Positions 10,801 to 20,903 are shown, counted from the first letter of the stretch. The stretch is 64,000 bases of DNA from an uncultured delta proteobacterium (GCA_963812015.1 CAWETI010000002.1:992001-1056000), one strand, 5' to 3'. Notes: generated by a model not told the origin, from the letters alone. A program made the numbers and translations.

Positions 10801-12255
10801 ATGAGTACCATACTGGTTGTGGATGATGAGCAAGTAATTCGGGACGGCCTCAAACGACTTTTGTCAGGATACCAAGTGCTCACTGCCGAAAATGGTCAGA
10901 AGGCCCTGGAAGTTCTCGCCTGCGAAGCAGTGAATATTATCCTTTGTGATCTCAAAATGCCCGTTATGGGAGCTTTGGAAGTCTTGGAGGCGGTCAATAG
11001 CCGATTCCCCTGTTTGCCTTTGGTGGTAATTACGGGACATGGCACCGTGGAAAACGCCGTGGAATGTATGCGGCAGGGCGCTTATGATTTTGTCACCAAG
11101 CCCTTCAGTGCGGACCATTTGATGTTGATCGTTAAAAGAGCCGTTGAAAAAGAGGCCTTGGAGCGGCGCAACCGGTTGCTGCAGGAAGAGCAGGCCCGGA
11201 ATCTCTACGATTTATCAGTGGAGCAGAGTCGCTTGCGAACTATCATTAATTGTATGGCGGAAGGGGTTCTGGTGACGAATCGGGACCTGGAAGTCGTGTT
11301 GCATAATCCGGCCATGATGCGCATGCTGGATCGACTCGAGGCGACGGATCAGCCGGGGACTTTGGCGGAATATTTTTCCGATGATCATCTCATCCAGGGA
11401 TTAAAATCTTTTCTAGAGAAAAGCCCGGAGGAGACAGAACTCATCTCCCAGGAATTGGTCAAAGGCAAAACCTATCTGCGCTCCCTCTCCGCCCCCATAA
11501 CGAATGCCGATAAAGAGTTGTTGGGTACGGTGACGGTTTTCCATGATATTACGCGGTTTAAAGAACTGGACGCCATGAAATCTAATTTCGTCCATATGGT
11601 TTCCCATGAATTGCGGTCTCCCCTGGGGACCATCAAACAGCAGATATCAGTCATCCTGGAAGGTCTGGTCGGGGATGTACCGGAAAAGCAGCGGGAGATG
11701 CTGAGCCGTTCTCAAGCAAGAATTCAGAGTCTCTTGGAATTAATCAACGATCTGCTTGATGTGGCCAAGATCGAAAGCGGCCACACTTTTGAAGAGCACG
11801 TCCCTCTGGACCTCTCCCATCTTTTGGAAGACATGGTCAGCTTCATGCAAAGCAAGGCGCAAGATCAAAAGGTTGACCTCAGGCTGGAAATTGTTGGGGA
11901 GATCCCGCTCATTCAAGCAGACCGGCGTAGCATGGAAGAAGTTTTCAATAATCTCATCAGCAACGCCATAAATTATTCCCCCGACGGTGGCCAGGTCACC
12001 GTCAGGGTTGCGCCCCGCGAAAATTTCCTGGAAATCATGGTAAATGATAACGGGGTCGGCATCGATCCGGAAGAGGTCCCCAAGATCTTTGACAAGTTCT
12101 ACCGGGTTAAACATCCCAAAACTAGACAAGTGATCGGCACCGGTTTGGGGCTGGCCATAGTCAAGGGAGTGATTGATTCTCACCGTGGTTCCATCGATGT
12201 GGAGAGTGCACCGGGAGTGGGGACAACCTTTCGTATCCTTCTCCCGACCATGTAA
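10801..12255 (+). CDS. Hybrid REC-PAS-histidine kinase
   Basis: N-terminal receiver (LVVDDE, CDLKMP), PAS, SHELRSPL, NLISNAINYS, GTGLGL. Confidence 0.92.
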   Translation: MSTILVVDDEQVIRDGLKRLLSGYQVLTAENGQKALEVLACEAVNIILCDLKMPVMGALEVLEAVNSRFPCLPLVVITGHGTVENAVECMRQGAYDFVTKPFSADHLMLIVKRAVEKEALERRNRLLQEEQARNLYDLSVEQSRLRTIINCMAEGVLVTNRDLEVVLHNPAMMRMLDRLEATDQPGTLAEYFSDDHLIQGLKSFLEKSPEETELISQELVKGKTYLRSLSAPITNADKELLGTVTVFHDITRFKELDAMKSNFVHMVSHELRSPLGTIKQQISVILEGLVGDVPEKQREMLSRSQARIQSLLELINDLLDVAKIESGHTFEEHVPLDLSHLLEDMVSFMQSKAQDQKVDLRLEIVGEIPLIQADRRSMEEVFNNLISNAINYSPDGGQVTVRVAPRENFLEIMVNDNGVGIDPEEVPKIFDKFYRVKHPKTRQVIGTGLGLAIVKGVIDSHRGSIDVESAPGVGTTFRILLPTM

Positions 12256-12348
12256 GGCTATTTCTCTGGCCGCGGGTTTTTATTCATTTTGGCGTAATTA
12301 AAAAGCGGTTGGGGTTCTCAATCAGACCTTCACTTAAGCGACAAAACC

Positions 12349-13395
12349 ATGGAACTAAGCAACAAGATTCGATTCGGCGGTATTAAGCTGTTGACTGGGG
12401 GCAGTTGTTTGGTGTCTTCTTCTCCGGGGGGGGAATTCCGTCTTGGTTCCCAAGTGACCAGACCCCTGGCCGAGAGCCGGCTCAACCTGACTTTCCTGAC
12501 TCACGTGGCTGGAGACCGCACCGCTTTGTGCACCGACGGCGCCGTCGGTGAAAGCACCCTGGCGCGCTTACAAAACCTGGCGGGAACCGAGGATGCTTTT
12601 CAATACCAGCCGGATATTGCGCTGCTGGCAGTTTATCCCCACGACAAGCTGCCGAAAAGCATTGGTGGCTTCATCCATAGCCTGGCGGAGTCCAAGTCGA
12701 AAATTTTCGGTCTCGCCAGCTCCCTGTCTTCCATCACCGCCATTCTGGAGAGTCGGCGACAGGAAACGGTGGTGAACCACCTGTTTGAGGATTTTCAATT
12801 TACCTCCTTCGCCACCGCCCAGGAATTCTTCGCCGCACAGGCGTTTCCCGAGGAATATGTGCGTAAAGCAGTGGCCACCTACCAGGAAAAAGTTATCAAA
12901 GTCTACTGGGTGTTGCCCCATCCTGACCTGGATTTATGGGCCCTGAGCATTCCCACGGCCGCGATCCTGGGGGACATCGCCGATACCCTGAATCAGTTTG
13001 GAGACTTGGGATTGACCATTCCCTTTCTCATTGCCATACCCCGGCTGGGTACCGAAGAACTGCTTTTTAGCTTTAGCACCGCCCGGCCGGCCGGCACTAA
13101 GGGTCAGGGACGCGCCATCCGCCGCCTGCTGACTGAGCGCATTCCCGGCATCAGGCCGATGCGCCTCACCCCGGTGGCAGGTATCTTCCTCCACGGACCC
13201 CACTTCGGCGACCGTTACGGCATCGCCAATACCGTCATAGAAGCCCTGGAGGGGGCCCATGTCTCCATCCTCTCCATGAGCTGTACCATTTCCTCCATCT
13301 CGGTGATCATCCGGCAGCAGGATCTGGCGCCGGCCCTGATGGTGTTAAGTCAGAGATTCGAAGGTCCGGTAGCCGAACCGCTTTCCGGGGTTTGA
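12349..13395 (+). CDS. ACT-domain repeat protein, paralog 2
   Basis: KIRFGGIK, YQEKVIKVY, HGPHFGDRYGI, SCTISSISVII. Confidence 0.7.
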   Translation: MELSNKIRFGGIKLLTGGSCLVSSSPGGEFRLGSQVTRPLAESRLNLTFLTHVAGDRTALCTDGAVGESTLARLQNLAGTEDAFQYQPDIALLAVYPHDKLPKSIGGFIHSLAESKSKIFGLASSLSSITAILESRRQETVVNHLFEDFQFTSFATAQEFFAAQAFPEEYVRKAVATYQEKVIKVYWVLPHPDLDLWALSIPTAAILGDIADTLNQFGDLGLTIPFLIAIPRLGTEELLFSFSTARPAGTKGQGRAIRRLLTERIPGIRPMRLTPVAGIFLHGPHFGDRYGIANTVIEALEGAHVSILSMSCTISSISVIIRQQDLAPALMVLSQRFEGPVAEPLSGV

Positions 13396-13492
13396 GGTGA
13401 CGGCGCTGGTGTTTGCCGGAATAATCATGGAAAATGGTAAGTGCCGCCAGAGAAAGGGTTCACCAGTCGTTAGCATCTTTCCGGGTTCGGGG

Positions 13493-15445
13493 TTATCTAT
13501 CCTTGATCTTTTTGGCATCCAGAATCCGGCGGATGGTTTCAGCCAGTTGGGCGGGGATAATGGGTTTTGCCACGAGTTCACTGATCCCCAGGGCTCTGGC
13601 CCTTTCCAAGGCAGTGGATTCACCGTATCCGGTGCAGAGGATAATGGGGATATCCGGGCGAATACTTAAAATAGCCTCAATAAGATCAAGGCCGGTCAAT
13701 TGAGGCATAGTGAGATCGGTGATAATTACATCGAATTTTTCCGGTTCAGCCCGGAAGGCTGCCAAGGCATCCTGGCTATTAGTCAGGGCCACCACCTCAT
13801 ATCCCAGTTGCTCTAAGATAATCCGTGCGGCTGCCACAATATCCGCCTCATCATCAACAAAGAGGATCTTTTCTTTCCCTTCCGGCAGGGGCACAACCGA
13901 CTCATGTTCAATCTGTTCTTCCGACTCCATCACGGGAAAGAAGACATGAAAGGTAGTCCCTCGGTCAGGTTCACTGAAGACCCTGATCCCGCCACCGCAA
14001 TTCTTAACAATCCCGTGTACCAGGGCCAAGCCCAGCCCCGTACCCTCGCCTATCTCCTTGGTCGTGAAGTATGGCTCGAAGATCCGTTCCATTAATTCCG
14101 GGGCTATCCCATGCCCATTATCTTTGATGGTCAATCTCAAGTAATGACCCGGTTTGATAGTTATGCCGTGAAATGTCTCTTCGTGGACCAATTCTAGGTT
14201 ATCCAACCCCACCGTTAAGACGCCGCCATTTTTTCCCATGGCATGGGCGGCATTGGTGCTCAGATTCATCACAATCTGGTAAATTTCGGTAGGATCACCA
14301 ATAATCCAATCCCAATCGGGAACGAGCTCTTGGCGAATTTCAATGGTTGCCGGCAAAGAAGCTCGCAGTAATTTAAGAGATTCTTTGACCATGGGGCTCA
14401 GCTGCATCATTACTCGCTGACGTTCGGTTTGGCGGCTAATGGCGAGAATTTGTTTGACAAGATCTGCTGCTCTTCGGCTGGACTTGATCACCTGCTCCAA
14501 ATGGGGCCGAAGCGGATTGTCCTCACCCATCTCCCGCAGGGCGATCTCGGTGTACATGATGATTGGCGACAGGATGTTGTTAAAATCATGGGCAATGCCC
14601 CCTGCCAGAGTGCCGATGGCTTCCATTTTTTGGGCCTGGCGCAGTTGGGTCTCCAGTTCGGCCTTCTCCGTTTCGGCTTTCTTGTGTTGAGTAATGTCAC
14701 GGTTGCTCACCCGCCGGCCGAGATTAGTCCCATCGGAGCCGTAAACCGGCTGGCAAACATGGGCAATCCAGCGCTCTTCGCCGTTCCGGGTAATGATGCG
14801 AAAAACTAAGGAATGAGCCCCACTGGTATAAAGGTCTTGGCGCAGATGCCTGGCAACCAGGGCACGGTCATCAGGATGGGTAATGGTCTCCAGAAGTCCG
14901 GGATTTTTTAAAAATTCCTCGGCTTTATAACTAGTAATGCGTTCACACGAAGGAGAAATATAATTATAGGTTCCATCAGGAGCAAGCCAAGACTCCCAAT
15001 CGTAAGTAAAGTCAGCTATGGTACGGAACCTTTCCTCCGACTTTCTCAATGATTCTTCCGCCTTTTCGCGTTCCACCAACTCAAGTTGCAAGGTCTGGTA
15101 GGAACTTTTTAACTCTGCTGTCCTTTCCTCCACTCTTTCTTTCAGAATTTCTTCTGAGCGCTTTATATCTAAAAATAATGGGGCAATGAGCGCTACTCCT
15201 AACAGCATAAGTATTGAAGTTGCCAGCCCAACGAATTCAGTATGTATATCAACAGGGAGGAGTTCCATTGCGCGAGCGAACCATTCATATAACGTAAAGC
15301 ACCGTCTTATGGCCATAAGCATGATAGCTATGGCGATAAAAATCCACGCAATTCTTTTTTTAGTGATCCAAACTAGACGCAAAGCCAAAAACGCGGCAGT
15401 TACCTGGATAGGAATTGAGATTATGAGAATAAGGTATGGTTCCAT
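13493..15445 (-). CDS. Membrane-bound PAS hybrid histidine kinase with C-terminal receiver
   Basis: About 3 N-terminal TM helices, PAS, AHDFNNIL, GTGLGL, LFVDDE..TDLTMP; more AT-rich than its neighbours. Confidence 0.92.
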   Translation of the reverse strand: MEPYLILIISIPIQVTAAFLALRLVWITKKRIAWIFIAIAIMLMAIRRCFTLYEWFARAMELLPVDIHTEFVGLATSILMLLGVALIAPLFLDIKRSEEILKERVEERTAELKSSYQTLQLELVEREKAEESLRKSEERFRTIADFTYDWESWLAPDGTYNYISPSCERITSYKAEEFLKNPGLLETITHPDDRALVARHLRQDLYTSGAHSLVFRIITRNGEERWIAHVCQPVYGSDGTNLGRRVSNRDITQHKKAETEKAELETQLRQAQKMEAIGTLAGGIAHDFNNILSPIIMYTEIALREMGEDNPLRPHLEQVIKSSRRAADLVKQILAISRQTERQRVMMQLSPMVKESLKLLRASLPATIEIRQELVPDWDWIIGDPTEIYQIVMNLSTNAAHAMGKNGGVLTVGLDNLELVHEETFHGITIKPGHYLRLTIKDNGHGIAPELMERIFEPYFTTKEIGEGTGLGLALVHGIVKNCGGGIRVFSEPDRGTTFHVFFPVMESEEQIEHESVVPLPEGKEKILFVDDEADIVAAARIILEQLGYEVVALTNSQDALAAFRAEPEKFDVIITDLTMPQLTGLDLIEAILSIRPDIPIILCTGYGESTALERARALGISELVAKPIIPAQLAETIRRILDAKKIKDR

Positions 15446-15560
15446 ATTGAGAGGTTCTCCAACGAACTACAAGTTATCTGAGGCTGAGCCTCGCCGCATC
15501 AACTGCCTAAACATAACGGTAAAATCAAACATCGTTTCCTTACCTCTTCCAAGTGCAATG

Positions 15561-15599
15561 ATTATACCCTGGCAGGGAAATTAAATCATCTATCTGATA
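15561..15599 (-). promoter_or_regulatory. Promoter of the hybrid kinase with ATCA-N6-TGAT palindrome
   Basis: Perfect TATAAT on the minus strand at 15561-15566; palindrome AATCATCTATCTGATA at 15584-15599. Confidence 0.4.
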
Positions 15600-15808
15600 A
15601 TAATTGAAAATCATTTGAGCCCAATGAGATTACTTTTTAAGTTTATGTAAAGAGCCTGTCGGGATTTTTATCAAGATGTAAAAATTTGAGATAAAAAAAC
15701 CCGCACGGAGTCCCCTTTCGCAATATTTTTCGGACCATCTCATGCTGCTGGTGCTGACCGCGACTGGGTTGGCAAGGCAGCACCCCTGACTGGGGTGCCT
15801 GCGAGGAT

Positions 15809-16504
15809 TTAATGCTCCGCTTGGTGCAATAGTTGTAGCGGATTAAGAATCGTAATTTGCCGCTTGGATACGGCAATCAGTCCCTCTTCTTGGAATTTTT
15901 TCAGCATTTCGCTCACGGTCTGCTGGGTGGAGCCGGTCATGGAGGCCAGTTGCTCCTGGGTCAGACTGATGGGGATGTGGGCGGGCTTAGCCCAAGAGTC
16001 CTCGTCCATAAGCTGGTCGTAACTCAGGTAAACCAGGAGCTTTGCCAGGCGGGTGCTCACGTCGCACACCATGAGGTTCTCGACCTGCTCCCCCAGGTAG
16101 CGGAGCCGCCGCCCCAGGACTTCGATGACCCTCCGGGCCAGAGGGTAATGGCTTGCCAGGAGGGCATCAAAGTTCTTTTTGCTGATCTCATAAAGCTTCC
16201 CCGGGGTAAGGGCCTGGGCGTTGGCTTTCCGGGGCCTGGCTTCCATCACTTCTGCCAGCCCGAAGAATTCTCCTTTGCGGCGCAGGAAAAATATCGGCTC
16301 TTTGCCGTCCAGGGTGATCTTGAAGATCTTGATGAGGCCGTTTTCCAGATAGAAGCAGGAATCGCCCGGGTCGCCTTCAAAAAAAACCATATCGTTTTTC
16401 TTCAAGTCCCGGCTCTTGGCCAGGGACATGAAGGCTTTCTTTTCAGCCGCCAGGCCGGCGAAAAAATCGTGCTCGCGCAGGTGCCAGGAGGTAGGCATAC
16501 GCAT
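15809..16504 (-). CDS. Crp/Fnr family transcriptional regulator
   Basis: FFEGDPGD, GEFFG, PRKANAQA, HTH LTQEQLASMTGSTQQTVSEML; lacks the FNR N-terminal Cys cluster. Confidence 0.93.
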   Translation of the reverse strand: MRMPTSWHLREHDFFAGLAAEKKAFMSLAKSRDLKKNDMVFFEGDPGDSCFYLENGLIKIFKITLDGKEPIFFLRRKGEFFGLAEVMEARPRKANAQALTPGKLYEISKKNFDALLASHYPLARRVIEVLGRRLRYLGEQVENLMVCDVSTRLAKLLVYLSYDQLMDEDSWAKPAHIPISLTQEQLASMTGSTQQTVSEMLKKFQEEGLIAVSKRQITILNPLQLLHQAEH

Positions 16505-16618
16505 CCTCTACCCTTATTATACAGTTTATCGCCCGTAGGTGAAAAAAGAACGAGGCGGATTCACGCCTCATTGAACGTGTTTCCGCCTCGCGGAGATGGG
16601 ATGATCACTTACAGGGCT

Positions 16619-16945
16619 TCAGGTGTCCAAGCGGTTTTTATATTTATAGGTGGTCACGTTGCCATAAATGTCGGTGCATTTCCAGGTGATGTCTTTTTTG
16701 CCCATGAAGGGTTTGAGCGTGGCCTTGTGATAGCCCAATTGATAAGGGATGCGGGTTTCCAAGGCATTGCGGGGGCAGGCCTTGATGCAGGACATGCAGT
16801 CCCAACAATCCCGGGTGCTCCGGCAGTAGGCCTTCATGGTCGCCTCATCCACGGCCATCAGGTTGCCGGGACAAATTTCCTCGCAGCATGATTCTTCCCG
16901 TCCCTCGCAGCCATTGCATTTGTCTAAGTCCACTCTGGGCGGCAT
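16619..16945 (-). CDS. AprB-like 2x[4Fe-4S] subunit (short form)
   Basis: CNGC..CEEICP and CWDCMSCIKACP with the AprB-typical Trp; 108 aa, lacks the long C-terminal tail. Confidence 0.85.
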   Translation of the reverse strand: MPPRVDLDKCNGCEGREESCCEEICPGNLMAVDEATMKAYCRSTRDCWDCMSCIKACPRNALETRIPYQLGYHKATLKPFMGKKDITWKCTDIYGNVTTYKYKNRLDT

Positions 16946-16991
16946 CTCTCTACCTCCTCGTCCCGTTTAGATAATCGCCAGCCACGGCAAG

Positions 16992-18770
16992 TCAGGGTTT
17001 ATAGCGGTCTCCCGGGACAATTTGCTCGTATGGCCGGGTGAAAGTCACTACTTCTCGCGTCTGCGGGTCTCTCCGGCTCTCCACGAAGCAGTCGAAGTTC
17101 TCGTTGTCCACCTCCGGATAGTCGGAGCGGGTTTGCCAACCTGCCCAACGGGTTTCCTTGCGAGCTTTTAAATGGTGACAGACGGCCTCGGACACGTCCA
17201 CCCGGTCCATGGTCTCGTGAGCCAGCATGAGATCGTGCAGGTCTTTGGCATAAATTAACTGAAATTGGTTCTGGAGCATCTTGATGTGTTTTAAGGCGTA
17301 GTCCAAGCGCTCCTCATTGGTCCGGTAAAATTGGGAAGTGCCCCCCGCATACTCGTCCATGAGGCGCTGGAGGCGTTCCCGCATTTCCAGGGGGGAGACC
17401 CCGTCAAAGTCGGCCCCGCGCAGGAGCGGGGCAAAAACCCTGGCCTTTTCAGATTCTACCTGGTGAAGGTCTAATTCCGGCAGGTCCAGACCTGCCAGGT
17501 AGTTCATGGCCCCCCGGGCCGCCAGTTTGCCTTCGGCGGCGCATCCCCCCACGAACTTGTTTGGGTTGCCTCCCGCGGTCTCACCCGCGGCAAATAGGCC
17601 TGGGACGGTGGTCATGCGGGTGAGATCCACCCAGAATCCCCCCATGGTGTGACCACCCACGATGTAGGGGTCGGAGCCATAAATCTCGATGGGCTCTTTG
17701 GTTACATCCTGACCCCGGCTGGCCAGGAAGAGCACAAAGGATGGGCGCTCGTTCAGGTAATCGGTCATCATGGCATCAACCAGTTTGGGGTCCATGTTGC
17801 GCGTGTCACAATAGGTCGGCCCCCGGCCAGCCAGCCATTCCTCCATGGGCGCGTTGGCCCGGATGTAGCGGGGCGCACTATCGCCACCCAGGTGGGAGTA
17901 GCGGGCCTGAAGGATTTTTTCGTCTTTGCAATTGATGATGGGGGCCTTATAACCCACCGAAATGGTATCTACCGGGCCGCAGAAGTCCTTGGTGCGAGTG
18001 GCCACCCAGCGCTGCTCCAGGGAACTCAATTCCGCTCCCTGGCGAAAGCCCATGGCGTAGCCGGAACCCACGCAATAGGGGCACATCCAGATCTGGTGAG
18101 CGCTGTCCGTGGCGTCAGCCGTATAGGACTTGTAAAGAGTGCCGGCGCCTCCCGTGGAAACGACTGTGGCTTTGGCCCGGAAGACATAAAACTTGCCGTC
18201 CCGGACTCCTAAGCCCATTGCTCCCACACAGCGTTCGCCCTCCATGAGGAGTCCGGTCCCGACAATCCGGTTGTAAACCACCGCCCCGGATGCGATGGCC
18301 TTTTCGGCCATGATGGGTTTGAGCTGCTCGCCATGGATGGAAATGTCCCATTTGCCCCGGTACTTGGTTTTGCCGTTTTCATCCCGGAGCAGGGGAAGCC
18401 CCCAGCGCTCCAGGTCATCCACGGCCTCATTGAGCTCCCTGGCGTTTGACAGAGCCAGATCTTCACGCAACGGGCCTCCTCCCACCTGGGAACGGGACCA
18501 GCGCACCAGATCCTCGGGAGTTTTGCCTTCGGGAATATAAGTGTTGATGGCGTCCATCCCCGCCGAGCAGGCTCCGGAGCGCACGATGTTGGCCTTTTCC
18601 ATAATGGTCACGTTAAGATTCGGGTTGATCTTTTTGGCTTCCACCGCCACAAAGCAGCCGGCATTACCCCCCCCAATGATGAGCAGATCCGTAGTAATAA
18701 TCTCCACCTGAACTTCCCCAAAGGTCTTCGGTAAAGCCTTACAAGCACGTTTGGCTCCGACGTTAGCCAT
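16992..18770 (-). CDS. AprA-like FAD flavoprotein (adenylylsulfate reductase alpha family, divergent)
   Basis: LIIGGGNAGC, EKANIVRSGA..AINTY, REDL, WMCPY..GSG, RTKD..GP, GGHT, RLQRLMDEYAGG, RKETRW. Confidence 0.88.
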   Translation of the reverse strand: MANVGAKRACKALPKTFGEVQVEIITTDLLIIGGGNAGCFVAVEAKKINPNLNVTIMEKANIVRSGACSAGMDAINTYIPEGKTPEDLVRWSRSQVGGGPLREDLALSNARELNEAVDDLERWGLPLLRDENGKTKYRGKWDISIHGEQLKPIMAEKAIASGAVVYNRIVGTGLLMEGERCVGAMGLGVRDGKFYVFRAKATVVSTGGAGTLYKSYTADATDSAHQIWMCPYCVGSGYAMGFRQGAELSSLEQRWVATRTKDFCGPVDTISVGYKAPIINCKDEKILQARYSHLGGDSAPRYIRANAPMEEWLAGRGPTYCDTRNMDPKLVDAMMTDYLNERPSFVLFLASRGQDVTKEPIEIYGSDPYIVGGHTMGGFWVDLTRMTTVPGLFAAGETAGGNPNKFVGGCAAEGKLAARGAMNYLAGLDLPELDLHQVESEKARVFAPLLRGADFDGVSPLEMRERLQRLMDEYAGGTSQFYRTNEERLDYALKHIKMLQNQFQLIYAKDLHDLMLAHETMDRVDVSEAVCHHLKARKETRWAGWQTRSDYPEVDNENFDCFVESRRDPQTREVVTFTRPYEQIVPGDRYKP

Positions 18771-18830
18771 AAAACCTCCTCGTTTTGATCCTCAGAAAGG
18801 CACTCCTGGCTCTAAAGGACGCACATGCGA

Positions 18831-19862
18831 TTAAGGGATTAACGAAAATGAAGTGATCTTCACCCCGACATATTGAAGCCCGATGATGATCAGAGCTATC
18901 CCGAAAAAAATCCTGAGATACTTGGGATCCACCGCCAAGGAAAGACGTCTTCCCAAACGGGCGCCGCAATATCCGCCGCACATGGCAAAAATCGCCAAGG
19001 GATAAATCACCGTTTCCGCCACACCTCTGACAATGAACTGGGAGCCGATATTGGCGACCTTGACGAAGTTCCCGGTTCCCACCGCCACTACCATGGGCAG
19101 CCCAAAGGCCGTATGGAGCATGGGAGTAAAAAGAAATCCACCGCCAACCCCGACGATCCCGGAGATAATCGCGATGAAAAAGTTGCCGATGCCGGGAGTT
19201 ATGATATCCGTGCGGTAGCGATGGCCCAGCCACTCGCCTTCGGCAATCCAAAACCCTCTCTTTTCGGTTTTAATCCACGCGGCGCCCTCATCCTTTGGGG
19301 GGAAGATGGTGCGGTACAGCATCGAGCCGGCGGCCAAGAAAACCAAAATGGCAAAATAGAGTTGGAGGGTTTTGGCGGAAATCCCCAAGGAGATAAAGGC
19401 TCCCACGGCAGCCCCCAGGAGCCCGGCGATCATCATGGGAATTGCGACTTTCATATTGGGAGTCCTTTTCTGCAAATGAACCCAGGCGGCAAACAAGCCG
19501 ATGATGGCGGCAGCCATGCTGTTGGTTCCCAGGGCTACTTTAACGGGTAGTCCCAACCATAGGGTATACAGGGGCACGGAAAACAGGCTGATAAAAGCGC
19601 CCACCGCCCCGCCCATGAAACCCGCCAGCAAACCGACGCCAATACCCATGATCGGGTCGACGTCCACCGTCCCCCACTTTGGGTGTGACCAATGCACCAC
19701 CCAGGAAGGGGAGACTGATTCCTTGATCAACAGCATAATGAGAAGAACCGTGACTCCCCAAAAGAGGTAATTACTCGTGGATTTCTCCCCCAGAAACGCT
19801 CTAATTCCACCGCCTAGAGAAAATTGCTTTTCCAGGGCTTTTTGAGCAACTCCATTACCCAT
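18831..19862 (-). CDS. TauE/SafE (TSUP) family transporter
   Basis: Multiple TM helices; GIVGVGGGFLFTPML, VAVGT repeat motifs. Confidence 0.88.
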   Translation of the reverse strand: MGNGVAQKALEKQFSLGGGIRAFLGEKSTSNYLFWGVTVLLIMLLIKESVSPSWVVHWSHPKWGTVDVDPIMGIGVGLLAGFMGGAVGAFISLFSVPLYTLWLGLPVKVALGTNSMAAAIIGLFAAWVHLQKRTPNMKVAIPMMIAGLLGAAVGAFISLGISAKTLQLYFAILVFLAAGSMLYRTIFPPKDEGAAWIKTEKRGFWIAEGEWLGHRYRTDIITPGIGNFFIAIISGIVGVGGGFLFTPMLHTAFGLPMVVAVGTGNFVKVANIGSQFIVRGVAETVIYPLAIFAMCGGYCGARLGRRLSLAVDPKYLRIFFGIALIIIGLQYVGVKITSFSLIP

Positions 19863-19909
19863 GGCTATAACTCCTTATCCTTTATTGAGGGAAAAAGGCC
19901 TTGAGAGGA

Positions 19910-19952
19910 TTTATAACCGCCGGGTAAAATCGCTTCTATCGTCTGCCTGATA
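19910..19952 (-). promoter_or_regulatory. Candidate class II Crp/Fnr-activated promoter of the tauE-aprAB-like operon
   Basis: Palindrome TATC-N8-GATA at 19937-19952, centred about 41.5 nt upstream of the start predicted from a TATAAA -10 at 19910-19915. Confidence 0.45.
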
Positions 19953-20379
19953 AAATGAAAAAATAGTAAAATTTAGTGGAAAATCTGCCGGGAAGGGCTA
20001 GTCGGTGGGCTTGAAAGGTAGGAACTGGCAGGAAAGTCGGACTATTTTTACCGTCCCACCCTTATTGAACAAAATTTACAAGATGTTCCATGGGGAGAAT
20101 TTCATGGCTTGAACCACCGGGCTTGCCGGCTCGGCGAAGATTCTTTCCCGGGTGTGTCTCTCCCCCGCCTGGGCTGCGGATGGCGGCTCTGCACTGATCT
20201 TTCCATTTTATATAACTTGCCACTATACGCCCTTTCGCTAATTTTTTTATATGGTTCGTATATTGGAACCCGTGCAACTGGAATTGGTAATGCTCATTTC
20301 CATGGAGATCATAGTGACTTTGGGGGAGAGTCCTGTTCTGAGGTTTCCGGTTCGGGCTTGGAAGAAAGGGACGTGGGGC

Positions 20380-20778
20380 GGGGGCCGGCCAGGGGCGGGA
20401 GGTCCTTACCTTCAAGGTGGGCCCGGCCCTCCCGGGCGAGAGAGGCCAGAAACCAGGCCACCTCCTGGGGGACCGGTCAGAGGGGCGGCATGGAGCATCA
20501 CCCGCTTGAGGTATTCAATCAGACGTTCCCCGTGCTCCAGGGCTGTCCGGCGGGGTGATGGACGGCCTCCCCAAAAGCGGCTTTACTTGCGGCCAGGCCG
20601 TAGATTTCCAGCTCTTTACCGACCTGCCCTCCCAGTCCTGTCCCACCAAAATGAAATCCCGGCAATTGGTCACCAGGACGAGGCGGTAGCGGCCCCAATA
20701 ACGGGTGACCTGCTCTCCTGCCGCGGTGACCCAGGCACCGTTTTTGGTGGGCTTAACTTCCATCACCTCCCTGGCCAT
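20380..20778 (-). pseudogene. Frameshifted fragment of a type ISP-like restriction-modification enzyme
   Basis: Across frames reads EVKPT..AWVTAAGEQVTRYWGRY..VLVTNCRDF, ELEIYGLAASKAAF, HGERLIEYLKRVMLHAAPL, EVAWFLAS; several indels. Confidence 0.6.
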
Positions 20779-20903
20779 GCGCTATGCCCCTCTATCCCAT
20801 CCCCCCTCACCCTGGTATTGGTAAAACATTAGATAGCCCCTCCTCAAACAAAAAGGCTGACAATCCCTCAGATTGCCAACCTACTGTAATTCCTGCCTAA
20901 TTC

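Noticed and set aside
15857..16891. 344-aa + strand ORF and similar long antisense ORFs (e.g. 24189-25214, 38519-39760, 43234-44364, 59027-60085)
   Set aside because: They lie antisense to well-supported genes; typical GC-rich shadows with no motifs.
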